In this document: positions 9,901 through 20,935 of the stretch, piece by piece | How positions within the stretch are numbered: position 1 is the first letter of the stretch | How the letters are laid out: each line of letters opens with the position of its first letter | Source of the DNA: Aulosira sp. ZfuVER01 | GTDB lineage: Bacteria; Cyanobacteriota; Cyanobacteriia; Cyanobacteriales; Nostocaceae | Reading direction: 5' to 3' | Length of the DNA: 64,000 nucleotides | Assembly: GCA_034530615.2 (NCBI GenBank) | Contig: JAVRCV020000059.1 | Location: 92,813 to 156,812, forward strand | Notes under the pieces: generated by a model | Databases searched by the model: none | The model's input: the letters and a program-made list of their open reading frames with translations, nothing else | What the model was told of the DNA's origin: nothing | Position numbers and translations under genes: made by a program

Positions 9901-10710
9901 GTGCTTAACAACATTTATAAGTTCTGTTCGTCTCGTCAGGTGACAATTCCCGCTGTTGCTGTCATGATTACCCTTGGTGTGTTGGGTGAACATACTAAAC
10001 CAGTACTGAGTAATCAAATCAAAACAGATTCTCAAAATAGTTCTGCAACTCATCTCTTATCACAGCTAAGAGAAGTTAGAGCGCAAAGAAATGTAACTTT
10101 CACGGCTTCCGAAACTCACAAAAATGTAGAGAATTTGCAGCACAGACAAGTTGCTAAATCGGCTACTATCCCTAACATTGAACTGTCATCTACCGAACCT
10201 TTTCTGCAACCATCTTCTAAAAGTTCAGCGAAAGATTTAAAAACAACACCCGCAACTACAGCAATGATGAGCAGAACTAAAAAGTCTGCCGCAGAAGCAG
10301 CAAATGTGCCTGTAAGTAATCTGCCTCAAAAAGATGGAGTTTATTTATATGGTCAATCATCAACACCTAACCAGATAGGGCAAGGGTACATCATTTTTGA
10401 AAAGAGCCAAGCTCAGGTAAAGGGTGCAATGTATATGCCCAATTCTGAATTTAGTTGTTTTCAGGGCACAGTTGACCGTTCAGGAGAGTTGGCAATGACG
10501 GTTAATGCTTCCCCAGATGAAACTAGCTCAAATGATGTCGCTACAACGAATAGCATACCTCAGGTGAATGATGATGAGTTAAGTACCTATGCTTACTCAG
10601 TCGCACTGCAAGATTACCATCAGCTAAAGTCTATAAGTACTAATGACAAGCGCATTTTGCAGATGTGTAATCAACCTACTGCCAGCGAATACCGCAAACT
10701 AGTTAAATAA
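9901..10710 (+). CDS. Conserved cyanobacterial exported hypothetical protein
   Basis: N-terminal hydrophobic stretch, low-complexity linker, C-terminal 'DGVYLYGQS..P.QIGQGYIIF...SEFSCFQG' domain. Confidence 0.7.
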   Translation: MLNNIYKFCSSRQVTIPAVAVMITLGVLGEHTKPVLSNQIKTDSQNSSATHLLSQLREVRAQRNVTFTASETHKNVENLQHRQVAKSATIPNIELSSTEPFLQPSSKSSAKDLKTTPATTAMMSRTKKSAAEAANVPVSNLPQKDGVYLYGQSSTPNQIGQGYIIFEKSQAQVKGAMYMPNSEFSCFQGTVDRSGELAMTVNASPDETSSNDVATTNSIPQVNDDELSTYAYSVALQDYHQLKSISTNDKRILQMCNQPTASEYRKLVK

Positions 10711-10963
10711 TGAATGATAAATTACAAATTATAAATTAGAAATTATGAAAAACGTAATTTCTAATTTATGGTTTCAACGTTTGTGGTACTGCTGTTTATA
10801 GCAATTCAAATAATGTTTACAACATATAAATTATTCATAAGGGCACAACAATGTTGTGCCCTTAACTATCTGTAGTGTTATTTTGTTATGGGTATTAGTT
10901 GCAAAATTTTACTGCCGAAATACTTTCGCTAAAATCAGGCTACGTCTAGTCCCAACAAGACCT

Positions 10964-11173
10964 ATGACTTATACCCCGCCCAAAGTACTTACCTTTGAGG
11001 AATTTATCGCCCAATATGGTGACAACACACGTTATGAACTAATTGACGGAGAACTAAGAGACATGGAACCTACAGGTCTTCACGAAGCTGTTGCAGGTAG
11101 CATAGCTGGTAGAATCTATGTCGAAATTTTTAGTTCTAATTTCAATTGGCTTGGTAATTTTAAATTGGTATAG
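10964..11173 (+). pseudogene. Truncated Uma2-family (PD-(D/E)XK) endonuclease
   Basis: 'LTFEEF...RYELIDGEL..MEP...HE' N-terminus only; stops after 69 aa, before the PD...VEV motifs. Confidence 0.8.
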
Positions 11174-11234
11174 CATTACTAAAATTCAGATATGGTGGGC
11201 ATTGCCCACCATACAATAATTAATAACGCATTTT

Positions 11235-11915
11235 TCAATACTCAATTCCTGGTTGAGCTTTCACACCTTGATCGCGGAAAGGATGCTTAACTAAAGTCAT
11301 TTCTGTTACTAGATCGGCTCGCTCGATTAAGGCGGCGGGTGCGCCTCTACCTGTAAGAATAACGTGAGTCTCAGCAGGTTTTGTGGCTAAACCCGCTAAA
11401 ACTTGGTCAACTTGTAAGTAAGCCATTTTCAGGGCAATATTAATTTCATCTAATAAGACTAATCTAAATTCTGGGTTACGGATATATTCTAATGATTTTT
11501 CCCAGGCGGCTTGAGCTTTATCTAAATCGCGATCGCGGTCTTGAGTTTCCCAAGTAAAGCCTTCACCCATAGCATGAAATTCTAACTGGTCTTGCCAATT
11601 ACTGAACACCCTTTTTTCTGATGGTTCCCAAGCTCCTTTGATGAACTGGACGATCGCCACTTTATATCCGTGACCAAGCGATCGCAATACCATCCCCAAC
11701 GCCGCAGTCGTTTTACCTTTACCGTTACCAGTATTAACAATAATTAATCCTTTTTCCGGTACAGCTTGCGCTATGCGCTTTTCTTGTACTTCTTTGCGTC
11801 GCTGCATCTTTTGGCGATACTGTTCATTGCTTAAAGATGAGGACATTACCTCGTCAATTACACGTGCAATCTCTTGGTCTGAATCTAATTGTTGTGGTGT
11901 GTCGTCTTTCATCAA
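11235..11915 (-). CDS. cobO: Cob(I)yrinic acid a,c-diamide adenosyltransferase
   Basis: TGNGKGKTTAALG, QFIKG, LDEIN, TGR, KHPF...AQPGIEY. Confidence 0.95.
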   Translation of the reverse strand: MMKDDTPQQLDSDQEIARVIDEVMSSSLSNEQYRQKMQRRKEVQEKRIAQAVPEKGLIIVNTGNGKGKTTAALGMVLRSLGHGYKVAIVQFIKGAWEPSEKRVFSNWQDQLEFHAMGEGFTWETQDRDRDLDKAQAAWEKSLEYIRNPEFRLVLLDEINIALKMAYLQVDQVLAGLATKPAETHVILTGRGAPAALIERADLVTEMTLVKHPFRDQGVKAQPGIEY

Positions 11916-12061
11916 TCTTAATCTGAATAATACTTAGTAAAGGCAGAGGGCAGGATTAAATTTTATTTAATTCATCTTGATTTACGCAATTTCAGGATGG
12001 TTACTGAGAATCAAGTAAAATTTTGTTCTCAATCCTATTTTACTTAGCTTGGATTTTCTAG

Positions 12062-13009
12062 ATGTTCAGCACAATTACGCTACAAAATATTGAAAATATA
12101 TTAGCTTTTACAACCTTATTTGCGGATAAGGAAGCAAAGTTATATGAGATACAAACTAAACCTTTGACTTTAGATCCCTATTGCTATTCTAAAGAATTTA
12201 ACAGATTCATCACATCTGTTTACCAAGAAAATTTTGTCATTGACTTTGATTGGCCAGCTTGGCAGAATGAAGCTCATCGTTTTGTTACAGAACCAGAATT
12301 ATTAACTTTAGCAGACATTGCTACATTGCAGAAATTGTTCACTACTCACGTTCGTCAAGAGCGCTTTTGTAGCGTTCATTTAGCGGGAATGATTGAAAAT
12401 GGACACTTTCTGGCAATATTCAACAGATTGCAAGCAATCTATGCAACTTTGCTGTTAGAAAACGCTCACAAAAATGGCACATCAAAGATGATCAAGCAAA
12501 CATCAGTTTTTCAAGGTGATATAACTCAGCTACCAGTAGATGCAATTGTCAATGCTGCTAAAAATTCTCTACTGGGTGGTAGTGGTGTGGATGGCGCAAT
12601 TCATCGCGCTGCTGGGCCAGAACTTTTGGCAGAATGTCGCCAATTAAATGGTTGTGCCACTGGGGAAGCTAAAATCACTAAAGGTTACAAACTCCCAGCA
12701 AAATGGGTAATTCACACAGTCGGGCCAGTTTGGCATGGTGGCAATCAAGGTGAAGATGAAATGTTAGCTCGATGTTATCGCCACAGCTTGACTTTGGCTG
12801 AAAAATACCAAATTAAAACTATTGCTTTCCCTGCAATTAGCACAGGTGTGTATGGTTTTCCATTTGAACGTGCTACCAGAATTGCGATCGCAGAAGTTAA
12901 TAAGTTTTTACACAGCCATAAGTCCCCAGAACAAGTAATTTTTGTTTGTTTTGGGCAAAGTGCCTACGATTGTTACATGAAAGTTGTACAAGAATTAGCA
13001 GAAAGCTAG
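12062..13009 (+). CDS. DUF6508-like domain fused to a macrodomain (O-acetyl-ADP-ribose deacetylase, YmdB-like)
   Basis: C-terminal [38 protein letters not shown]-terminal 'FDWPAW...HVRQERFC' domain. Confidence 0.85.
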   Translation: MFSTITLQNIENILAFTTLFADKEAKLYEIQTKPLTLDPYCYSKEFNRFITSVYQENFVIDFDWPAWQNEAHRFVTEPELLTLADIATLQKLFTTHVRQERFCSVHLAGMIENGHFLAIFNRLQAIYATLLLENAHKNGTSKMIKQTSVFQGDITQLPVDAIVNAAKNSLLGGSGVDGAIHRAAGPELLAECRQLNGCATGEAKITKGYKLPAKWVIHTVGPVWHGGNQGEDEMLARCYRHSLTLAEKYQIKTIAFPAISTGVYGFPFERATRIAIAEVNKFLHSHKSPEQVIFVCFGQSAYDCYMKVVQELAES

Positions 13010-13051
13010 ATAACATTAGATTCGGCGCGTTTACTTTTCGGGATTCTCAAA

Positions 13052-14227
13052 ATGTCAAAACAGCTGGGTCAAAAAATAGCACCTACACCAATGTCAGCAG
13101 ATATTGGCGTTGTTGATTTGATTGATAATTACTTCACCGCTTACAACTCAGCGCGGTTGCGGGAAATTTGCCAACTACTGAGTCGCGATGTGCTGACGGA
13201 CGGTGTAACGGTAGGTGTTAGCCTTTCCGGCGCAATGACACCAGCCGGGTTTGGGGTTTCCGCCCTTGCACCTTTGATTCGCAACGGCTTTATTGACTGG
13301 ATGATTAGCACGGGTGCAAATCTTTACCATGATATGCACTACGGTTTGGGTTTTGAATTATTTGCGGGTAATCCATTTTTGGATGATGTGAAGCTACGCC
13401 AAGAAGGAACTATCCGAATTTATGACATTATTTTCGGCTACGATGTGCTGCTGGAAACCGATGCGTTTATCCGCAAGATTCTGCAAGCTGAAGCTTTCCA
13501 AAAGCGGATGGGAACTGCTGAGTTTCACCATTTGTTAGGAAAGTATGTTTGGGAAATTGAAAAGCAATTGGGAGTAAAAAATTCCTGCTTGTTGGCGACA
13601 GCTTACGAGTATGGCGTACCTATATATACGTCTTCACCTGGGGATAGTTCAATTGGGATGAACGTCGCGGCTTTGGCGTTAGAAGGTTCGCAGTTAGTTT
13701 TAGATCCCTCAATTGATGTCAACGAGACAGCTGCGATCGCCTACAATGCACGGGAAGGTGAAGGTAGAAGCGCAGCAGTAATTATTGGTGGTGGCAGTCC
13801 GAAAAACTTTTTGCTACAAACCCAACCGCAAATTCACGAGGTACTAGGGCTAGAGGAACGGGGACACGATTACTTTGTCCAGTTTACCGATGCGCGTCCT
13901 GATACAGGTGGTTTGTCAGGGGCGACACCTTCAGAAGCTGTCAGTTGGGGTAAAATTGACCCGGAAGAATTACCCAGTACAATTGTTTGTTACACCGATA
14001 GCACAATAGCGCTACCACTGGTAACAGCATACGTCCTCAAGCAGTGTCAGCCACGCCCATTAAAGCGGCTGTATGACAGAAGAGAAGCAATTCTTGAGAC
14101 ATTGCGTCAAGACTATTTAGCTGCTAAAGCACAACCATCAGATCAAATCCCTGCGGCTGTAGCAGAGAGTGCATCTCAGCAAGCAGCTACTTATCCCTGT
14201 GGTAGGTTAATTCCTAATACTCCTTAG
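13052..14227 (+). CDS. speY: Deoxyhypusine-synthase-like homospermidine biosynthesis protein
   Basis: [42 protein letters not shown]. Confidence 0.85.
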   Translation: MSKQLGQKIAPTPMSADIGVVDLIDNYFTAYNSARLREICQLLSRDVLTDGVTVGVSLSGAMTPAGFGVSALAPLIRNGFIDWMISTGANLYHDMHYGLGFELFAGNPFLDDVKLRQEGTIRIYDIIFGYDVLLETDAFIRKILQAEAFQKRMGTAEFHHLLGKYVWEIEKQLGVKNSCLLATAYEYGVPIYTSSPGDSSIGMNVAALALEGSQLVLDPSIDVNETAAIAYNAREGEGRSAAVIIGGGSPKNFLLQTQPQIHEVLGLEERGHDYFVQFTDARPDTGGLSGATPSEAVSWGKIDPEELPSTIVCYTDSTIALPLVTAYVLKQCQPRPLKRLYDRREAILETLRQDYLAAKAQPSDQIPAAVAESASQQAATYPCGRLIPNTP

Positions 14228-14333
14228 GATTTTCAATTCAAAACATAACCAAATGCTAGGGGCACTGCACCGACAATCTTTTGGGATATCAAATTATCTT
14301 ACTGATGCCGTGCCCCTACTCATCTGTCTCTAT

Positions 14334-14527
14334 CATCGCCCTGTAATTGCATTGCATCGGTCTGCAATTGAATTGTATCGACATGCAATCGAATTGCATC
14401 GACCTGCAATTGAATTGCATCAACATGCAATTGAGTTGCATCGACATGCAATTGAATTGTATCGACTTGCAATTGAGTTGCATCGACTTGCAATCGAATT
14501 GTATCGCCCTGCAATCGAATTGCATCG
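14334..14527. repeat. Tandem array of nine 21-bp units (consensus CATCGACNTGCAATTGAATTG)
   Basis: Units counted directly; no spacers; 1.6 further units at 24741-24774. Confidence 0.9.
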
Positions 14528-14633
14528 TAGTTAAGTCATATCCCCATCGTCATAGGTGTAAGTTTTTCATAAAAGAGTGAGTTAGGACTCTTTTATAAAC
14601 GCAGGAATAAGCTCTTTTTTCCTTGTCCCTCCG

Positions 14634-14667
14634 AAGTTCTGAGCGGAGAAAGCCTCCGCTCAGACTT
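14634..14667. repeat. CTGAGCGGAG...CTCCGCTCAG hairpin repeat (inverted copy at 37276-37309)
   Basis: Near-identical palindrome at two loci. Confidence 0.75.
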
Positions 14668-14690
14668 CTTTCCTTGTCTCATTTCCCGCA

Positions 14691-16589
14691 TTACTCCGTT
14701 GGCACCCAATTAGCTTGTTTGACAAGCGATCGCACTGCCTCGACAATGGCATCAGCATCAATCTTGGCGGCATGAAGAAGTTCTTCAGGAGTACCCGATC
14801 CTGGCATATCTTGTACTGCTAGCTTCACAAGGTTTAGTGGCAATTCACCATAGCTAGGAGCAGCACCCTTACCGACAAAAGCATCAACAACAGCAGCGCT
14901 TAGTCCGCCTTCACTCCAGTGGTCTTCGACTACAACGAGTGTACCATCTGTGTCACGGGCGGCTTGGTGCAAAGTTGCAGCATCAATTGGCTTAACTGAG
15001 TAAGCATCAACGATCCGCACTGCAATGTCTTCTTGTTTGAGGCGATCGTATGCTTTGAGTGCTTCATGTACTGTAATCCCGGCTGCAATCACTGCTACTC
15101 GATCGCGATCGGAACTGCGAACAACTTTGCTACCACCAATGGGAAAATCTTCATCAGCTGGATAGAGAACAGTTGTGCTTTCACGAGTTGTCCGCAGATA
15201 AACAATGCCATCAAGATCTACCATTTCCGCTACAAGTTTGGCGGTTTGATTGGCATCACAGGGATACAGTACAGTACTACTCCAAACTGCTTGCAAACAA
15301 GCCAAGTCTTCTAATGCCATTTGGGAAGGGCCATCTTGACCGATTGAAACTCCCGCATGGGAACCAACAAGTTTGATGTTAGCGCGAGAGATAGCAGCCA
15401 TGCGGATAAAATCGTAAGCCCGAGTGAGAAATGCTGCAAAGGTGGAAGCAAAAGGTTTGTACCGACGCACTTGCAATCCTACTGCTGCGGCTACCATTTG
15501 CTGCTCGGCAATGTACATTTCAAAATAGCGATCTGGGTAAGCTTTGGCAAATTCTTCAGCATAAGTAGAGTTGCTCACTTCCCCATCTAAAGCAACTACA
15601 TCCTGTCGAGATGCTCCTAAAGCTTTTAAAGCATCGCCGTAAGCTTTACGAGTAGCTACTGAATCGCCTTCTTGGTACGCAGGAAGCTGGAGAGCTTGAG
15701 ACTGGCTAGTTGTGGCTGTTTGAGTTTGCGAGATTGGCTTTTCAACTTGAATAACGATCTGACGTTCTCCTCCCAATTCCGCGATCGCATTTTTGGCATC
15801 ATCAGGTTTTAATGCCTTACCATGCCAACCGCCAATATCTTCTAAACTGGCTACACCTTTGCCTTTCTTTGTCTTAGCTACGATAAGTGTAGGAAAATCG
15901 AGATTTTCAACTGCTTCTGTGTAGGCTTGGTCAATTTCTGCTAAATTGTGACCGTCAATTTCAATTGCCTTCCAGCCGAAAGATCGAGCGCGATCGCAGT
16001 AAACTTGAGTATTCCAACCTAACATTGTTTCGCCGCGTTGCCCCAAGCGGTTGACATCAAGGATGGCGATTAAATTTGCCAGTTTGTAGTGAGTAGCGTG
16101 TTCAAAAGCTTCCCAAATCGAACCTTCTGCCATTTCACTATCCCCAAGCAAAACCCAAGTATGATATGGGAGCTTGTCTAAATATTCGCCAGCCAAAGCC
16201 ACACCCACAGCAATTGGCAATCCTTGCCCTAGCGAACCAGTTGCCACATCTACCCAAGGTATTACAGGGGTGGGATGCCCTTCTAAGCGACTGCCATATT
16301 TACGCAGCGACATCAATTCGCGATCGTCAATTACCCCCGCCGCCCGATACATGGCATACAATAGCGGTGCGGCGTGTCCTTTGGAGAAAATCAAGTGGTC
16401 GTTATTGCGATCGCGTGGATTGCTGAAGTCGTAGTGGAAATACTTGGCAAGCAGCACAGCCATCAAATCAGCACCAGACATAGAGGAGGTGGGATGACCC
16501 GAACCCGCAGCCGTGGTGGCACGAATACTATCAACCCGCAGTTGTTGTGCCAACTCATGCCATGCTTGCAACTGTTCAACGGTAGCCAT
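14691..16589 (-). CDS. tkt: Transketolase (TKT/DXS-like type)
   Basis: SGHPTSS, SKGHA, LEGHP, TGSLGQG, ThDP motif GDSEMAEG, IAEQ, GQDGPSQ. Confidence 0.9.
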   Translation of the reverse strand: MATVEQLQAWHELAQQLRVDSIRATTAAGSGHPTSSMSGADLMAVLLAKYFHYDFSNPRDRNNDHLIFSKGHAAPLLYAMYRAAGVIDDRELMSLRKYGSRLEGHPTPVIPWVDVATGSLGQGLPIAVGVALAGEYLDKLPYHTWVLLGDSEMAEGSIWEAFEHATHYKLANLIAILDVNRLGQRGETMLGWNTQVYCDRARSFGWKAIEIDGHNLAEIDQAYTEAVENLDFPTLIVAKTKKGKGVASLEDIGGWHGKALKPDDAKNAIAELGGERQIVIQVEKPISQTQTATTSQSQALQLPAYQEGDSVATRKAYGDALKALGASRQDVVALDGEVSNSTYAEEFAKAYPDRYFEMYIAEQQMVAAAVGLQVRRYKPFASTFAAFLTRAYDFIRMAAISRANIKLVGSHAGVSIGQDGPSQMALEDLACLQAVWSSTVLYPCDANQTAKLVAEMVDLDGIVYLRTTRESTTVLYPADEDFPIGGSKVVRSSDRDRVAVIAAGITVHEALKAYDRLKQEDIAVRIVDAYSVKPIDAATLHQAARDTDGTLVVVEDHWSEGGLSAAVVDAFVGKGAAPSYGELPLNLVKLAVQDMPGSGTPEELLHAAKIDADAIVEAVRSLVKQANWVPTE

Positions 16590-17229
16590 TATTACTCTCC
16601 TGCCAAAATAAAGGCTAGGTTATGAGAAATCTTTGCACTCAGATAAGTCCTAAAAGCCAGATTTAATACGCCTCAGAAGGGGCGCAGTGATTTCAGTATT
16701 TACTTTTTTGAGCCTGTGTTAATTAATTTATGTGTTGTACATTTAGCCTTTAACAACACAATTGCTACTTCAAAATTTTTAGTTTCTGACTTATCCTAGA
16801 AAAATTGTAGTTAACAGATACGATTGTTTCCTCTAACAAATGATAGAGTAACCAGGTATAAATTCTCTTGTTACCCAAATGCCTATCAAATGCAGTTCCA
16901 GTTGCGGAAGCATCCTAATTGTTTGCGAATTTCTGTCTGTAACTAACTATTTATATGGCAATACAGATTATTGTTTTTAATCAACACAATTTGACTGCTT
17001 AATAAATTTTGTCATAAAAATAAATATCTCTTCTGATAGCTATAGTATTTTCCAGTGGCATGAGGTACAAATTTATCTGTGTACTCTTTTGGAAAACTCT
17101 TCGCATCATCATCTGTGGCTGACTTTTGCAGAATTGATATAAGTACAGAAATTAAATAAAAGTACGAGTAGAAATAGTAAGCTCATTCTTAATTTAATAA
17201 TATTCAGATGGAATGAGCTATAAGGCTAA

Positions 17230-17394
17230 TTACCACAGAATCATCGGTAATCCAGCAATTACAGAAGCAATACCTGTCCAAATAGAAAAGCGCCCAATAT
17301 CTGCTTCATCTAATGCCAAGCTCATTTGCGCCATTGCTGCCAGCAATGCTGCCAACATAACTATAAACAAACTGGCATATCCCAAGTTAATCAT
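17230..17394 (-). CDS. Small two-helix membrane protein (54 aa), absent from the ORF track
   Basis: MINLGYASLFIVMLAALLAAMAQMSLALDEADIGRFSIWTGIASVIAGLPMILW*, with a GAGGA RBS 6 nt upstream of ATG. Confidence 0.7.
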   Translation of the reverse strand: MINLGYASLFIVMLAALLAAMAQMSLALDEADIGRFSIWTGIASVIAGLPMILW

Positions 17395-17623
17395 GATTTA
17401 TCCTCATTATTTCATCACATTCCTTGGTTGTCAGAGTATTTGCATTTCAAATAATCAATACCCCTACCTAATAAAATAATGGCGATGATTTTCTTTAACT
17501 TCTGTTATACGGATGGCAAATTCTTTATTTCTTTCTATTTAAAGAAGGAGATTAATGTTAAGTTAAGTTAGTGATGAGCAGCACAAAATTTTAGAAACTG
17601 GCGTTAAAAATTAGGTATCAAGG

Positions 17624-18550
17624 ATGGCACATAATCACAGTCATAGCCATAATCATCATCATGAACATGGCACTAATAACTACAGCCGCGCTTTCATGAT
17701 TGGTACTATCCTTAATATAGGATTTGTAATTATTGAAGCAGTTTATGGTTATTTAGCTCACTCTTTAGCTTTGCTTGCTGATGCTGGTCACAATTTGAGT
17801 GATGTGTTAGGACTGCTATTGGCTTGGGGAGCAAGTTTTCTGGGTAGTCGTCCCCCAAGTCTACGCTATACATACGGACTACGACGTTCTTCAATCTTAG
17901 CGGCTTTAGTAAATGCGATCGCGCTTTTGTTAGTCATGGGTGGGATTGCATGGGAAGCCCTGCAACGCTTTCACGCCCCTGCATCTGTGGGAGGAAATAC
18001 AGTCATTGCCGTTGCTATGGTAGGAATTGTCATCAACACAATCACTGCTCTCATGTTTATGTCAGGCCGCAAACATGACTTAAACATTCGCGGCGCATTC
18101 TTACACATGGCAGCTGATGCTGGAGTCTCTTTAGGAGTTGTATTAGCTGGTATTGGCATTGTTTTTACAGGCTGGCTGTGGTTTGACCCTGTTGTGAGCT
18201 TGATTATCGTTGCCGTGGTAGTATTTGGAACTTGGCAGTTGTTAAAAGATTCGGTGAATTTAGCATTAGATGGTGTCCCAGAGGGAATTGAGCCACTAGC
18301 AGTTCAAACTTATCTGGCTGAACTTCCTGGTGTTAACCAAATCCACGATTTACATATTTGGGCAATGAGTACAACGGAAACAGCCCTGACTGCTCACTTA
18401 GTTATGTCCTCTGGTCATCCTGGTGATGATTTTTTAGTCCAGACTTGTAAAGAACTGCACGACCATTTCGGCATTGAACATTCTACTTTACAAATAGAAG
18501 TTGGCGATTCCAATCAAACCTGTGCTTTAGCTTCCAACCACAGAGTTTGA
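17624..18550 (+). CDS. Cation diffusion facilitator (CzcD/ZitB-like Zn/Co/Cd exporter)
   Basis: His-rich N-terminus, SLALLADAGHNLSD, HMAAD, HDLHIW, HSTLQ. Confidence 0.9.
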   Translation: MAHNHSHSHNHHHEHGTNNYSRAFMIGTILNIGFVIIEAVYGYLAHSLALLADAGHNLSDVLGLLLAWGASFLGSRPPSLRYTYGLRRSSILAALVNAIALLLVMGGIAWEALQRFHAPASVGGNTVIAVAMVGIVINTITALMFMSGRKHDLNIRGAFLHMAADAGVSLGVVLAGIGIVFTGWLWFDPVVSLIIVAVVVFGTWQLLKDSVNLALDGVPEGIEPLAVQTYLAELPGVNQIHDLHIWAMSTTETALTAHLVMSSGHPGDDFLVQTCKELHDHFGIEHSTLQIEVGDSNQTCALASNHRV

Positions 18551-18644
18551 CTTTAAGATTGGGCGTTAGTTGCAGATAGAAGTGGTTTAGGTTTTTTACA
18601 TTTTTGCGATAGTCAAAATCTTGCACTGACGATTATCCCAGCTA

Positions 18645-18757
18645 AAACTGAAGTTCAAAGGCTTATAGCCTCAGTCCACTCCAACGGACTGAAATCTTCA
18701 GCTGAGTCTACTGAAGTAGACTTGAGCTATTTATTAGCCTGAGAATTAATGCCAAGG
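18645..18757. repeat. Multi-hairpin dispersed palindromic element (MITE/REP-like)
   Basis: Nested stems TCAGTCC/GGACTGA and AGTCTAC/GTAGACT, flanked by AGGCT/AGCCT. Confidence 0.55.
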
Positions 18758-18963
18758 CAAGATAAAAACGAAGCCAGATGTTACAAAAGCAGAGTCATCA
18801 TGGAATATGAGGGAAATGTAAATTTAGAATAAGAATAATTATTACAATAGCAACTTCGTAAACTGATTAATAAGTTAAATAAGTATGAATAGTCAAGGAT
18901 TGTAGAGATCCTGTCTTTTCCAACTTAAATTTTAAGTAAATTTTTTGAGCTTAGTAAATTTTT

Positions 18964-20918
18964 ATGACAGAATTGTTACATAATTTTTTTTTAAGAGTCC
19001 ATTTATCCCACATGGGCATTGTTACCTTTGGCAGCCACAATTGGTCTGGTTGCATATCATCTCAGATTCGCTAATTGCACTAGCTTATTATTCAATTCCA
19101 GTGATGCTGGTTTATTTTGTCCGCAAACGAAGAGATGTGCCTTTCGATTGGATTTTTCTATTGTTTGGCACATTCATCGTTGCTTGTGGCACAACCCATG
19201 TAATGGAAGTATGGACGCTTTGGCATCCTACTTATTGGCTATCAGGACTGATTAAAGCTATCACTGCTATTGTATCTGTATATACAGCTATAGAACTGGT
19301 ATCCTTAATCCCTCAAGCACTTGTTCTGCCCAGCCCTACGGAACTAGAGACAGTCAACCGTCAACTAGCAAAGGAAATTGTTGAACGTAAACGAACTGAG
19401 GAGGAATTGAGAGAAAGTGAACAACGTTGGCAATTAGCTTTACGCGGTAATAATGACGGTATTTGGGACTGGAACGTTAAAACTAATGAAGTTTTCTTCT
19501 CGGCCCGTTGGAAGGAAATGCTTGGTTATCAAGAGCAGGAGATTTCTCACCATTTTGATGAAATGATTAAAAGAGTGCATCCCAACGATATTGAAGGTGT
19601 AAAACAAGCAGTAAAAGAACACTTTGCTAAAAGAACACCTTTCTACACTCAAGAGTATCGAATTTTATGTAAAGATGGCACCTATAAATGGATTTTGGAT
19701 CGAGGTCAAGCTTTGTGGGATGGAGATAGTAACGTAGTGCGTATGGTAGGCTCCCATACTGATATTACTGAGCGTAAGCAAGCAGAAGAGAATCTCAGCC
19801 AAATACTCGATCAACTAGAAAGCAAAGTTGAAGAACGGACGGTAGAATTAAGACAAATTAACGCATCGCTACAGGCAGAAATTGCTGAACGTCAGCGAAT
19901 AGAAAAGGCCTTGCGCGAAAGCGAACAGCGATTTCGCGCTACATTCGATCAAGCGGCGGTTGGTATTGCTCATGTGGGAATAGATGGACGATGGTTATTA
20001 GTTAACCAAAGGCTTTGCGATATTGTTGGTTATACATCCCAAGAACTAGAGTTACGAACTTTCCAAGATATTACCTATCCAGGTGATATGGAAGCCAGCC
20101 TGAAATATGTTGAGCAGGTATTAGTAGGGGATATTCCTACGTTCTCTTTGGAAAAACGTTATTTATGCAAAGACGATTCTATTGTCTGGATTAATGTAAC
20201 CGTATCTTTAGTTCACGAACCTTCTGGTAATCCCAAGTATTTTATTGCTGTAATCGAAGATATTAGCGATCGCAAACAATCAGAGGCACAAATTCAAGCC
20301 TCACTCCGCGAAAAAGAGGTGCTTTTAAAAGAAATTTACCATCGTGTCAAAAACAATTTACAGGTAATTTCTAGCCTGCTGAACTTGCAATCTGAATATA
20401 TTCAAGACAAACAGGATTTGGCGATATTCCAACAAAGTCAAATGCGGATCGCATCAATGGCTTTGGTTCACGAAAAAATGTATCAATCAAAAGATTTATC
20501 AAGAATTAATTTTGGTGAATATGTTCAAGATCTGGTAGCCAGCTTATTGACTTCATACGAAGTTTCTGCCGAGACGATCGCTCTCAATATCAATATTGAT
20601 GAGCAGATTTTACTAGGTTTAGATACAGCAATTCCTTGCGGCTTAATTATTCATGAACTTGTTTCTAATTCCTTAAAATATGCATTTCCCTTAGGGGGAA
20701 GTGGTGAAATTATTATTGCTATTAGGAAAATCCTAGAAAATAGAATTTTACTGACTGTTCGTGATAATGGTATTGGCTTACCTGTAAACTTTAATTTTAC
20801 AAATACAGCATCATTGGGTTGGCAGTTGGTAGATGCTTTAGCCAGTCAGTTAACCGGAGATATCAACATTCGCAGTGATAGCGGAGTAGATTTCCAGATA
20901 TCATTTCCCATAGGATAA
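18964..20918 (+). CDS. Ethylene-binding-domain / 2xPAS / HisKA_2 sensor histidine kinase; natural ATG (18964) is out of frame at a T9 run
   Basis: FIPHGHCYLW...SDSLIALAYYSIP...FIVACGTTH (ETR1-like), two PAS/PAC domains, EIYHRVKNNLQ, DNGIG. The main frame has TAA at 18981-18983, just upstream of T9 (18984-18992). Confidence 0.85.
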
Positions 20919-20935
20919 TCATATAGGAATACCAG

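Noticed and set aside
14334..14527. Possible CRISPR array
   Set aside because: Units are contiguous with no unique spacers, and there are no cas genes in the window.
14253..14580. Four overlapping ORFs across the 21-bp repeat
   Set aside because: The open frames are a by-product of a stop-free repeat; no RBS or family motif.
17213..17479. 88-aa plus-strand ORF
   Set aside because: It is the antisense shadow of the better-supported minus-strand 54-aa ORF with an RBS.
19019..19255. 78-aa alternative-frame ORF
   Set aside because: It overlaps the conserved ethylene-binding domain in another frame and has no independent support.
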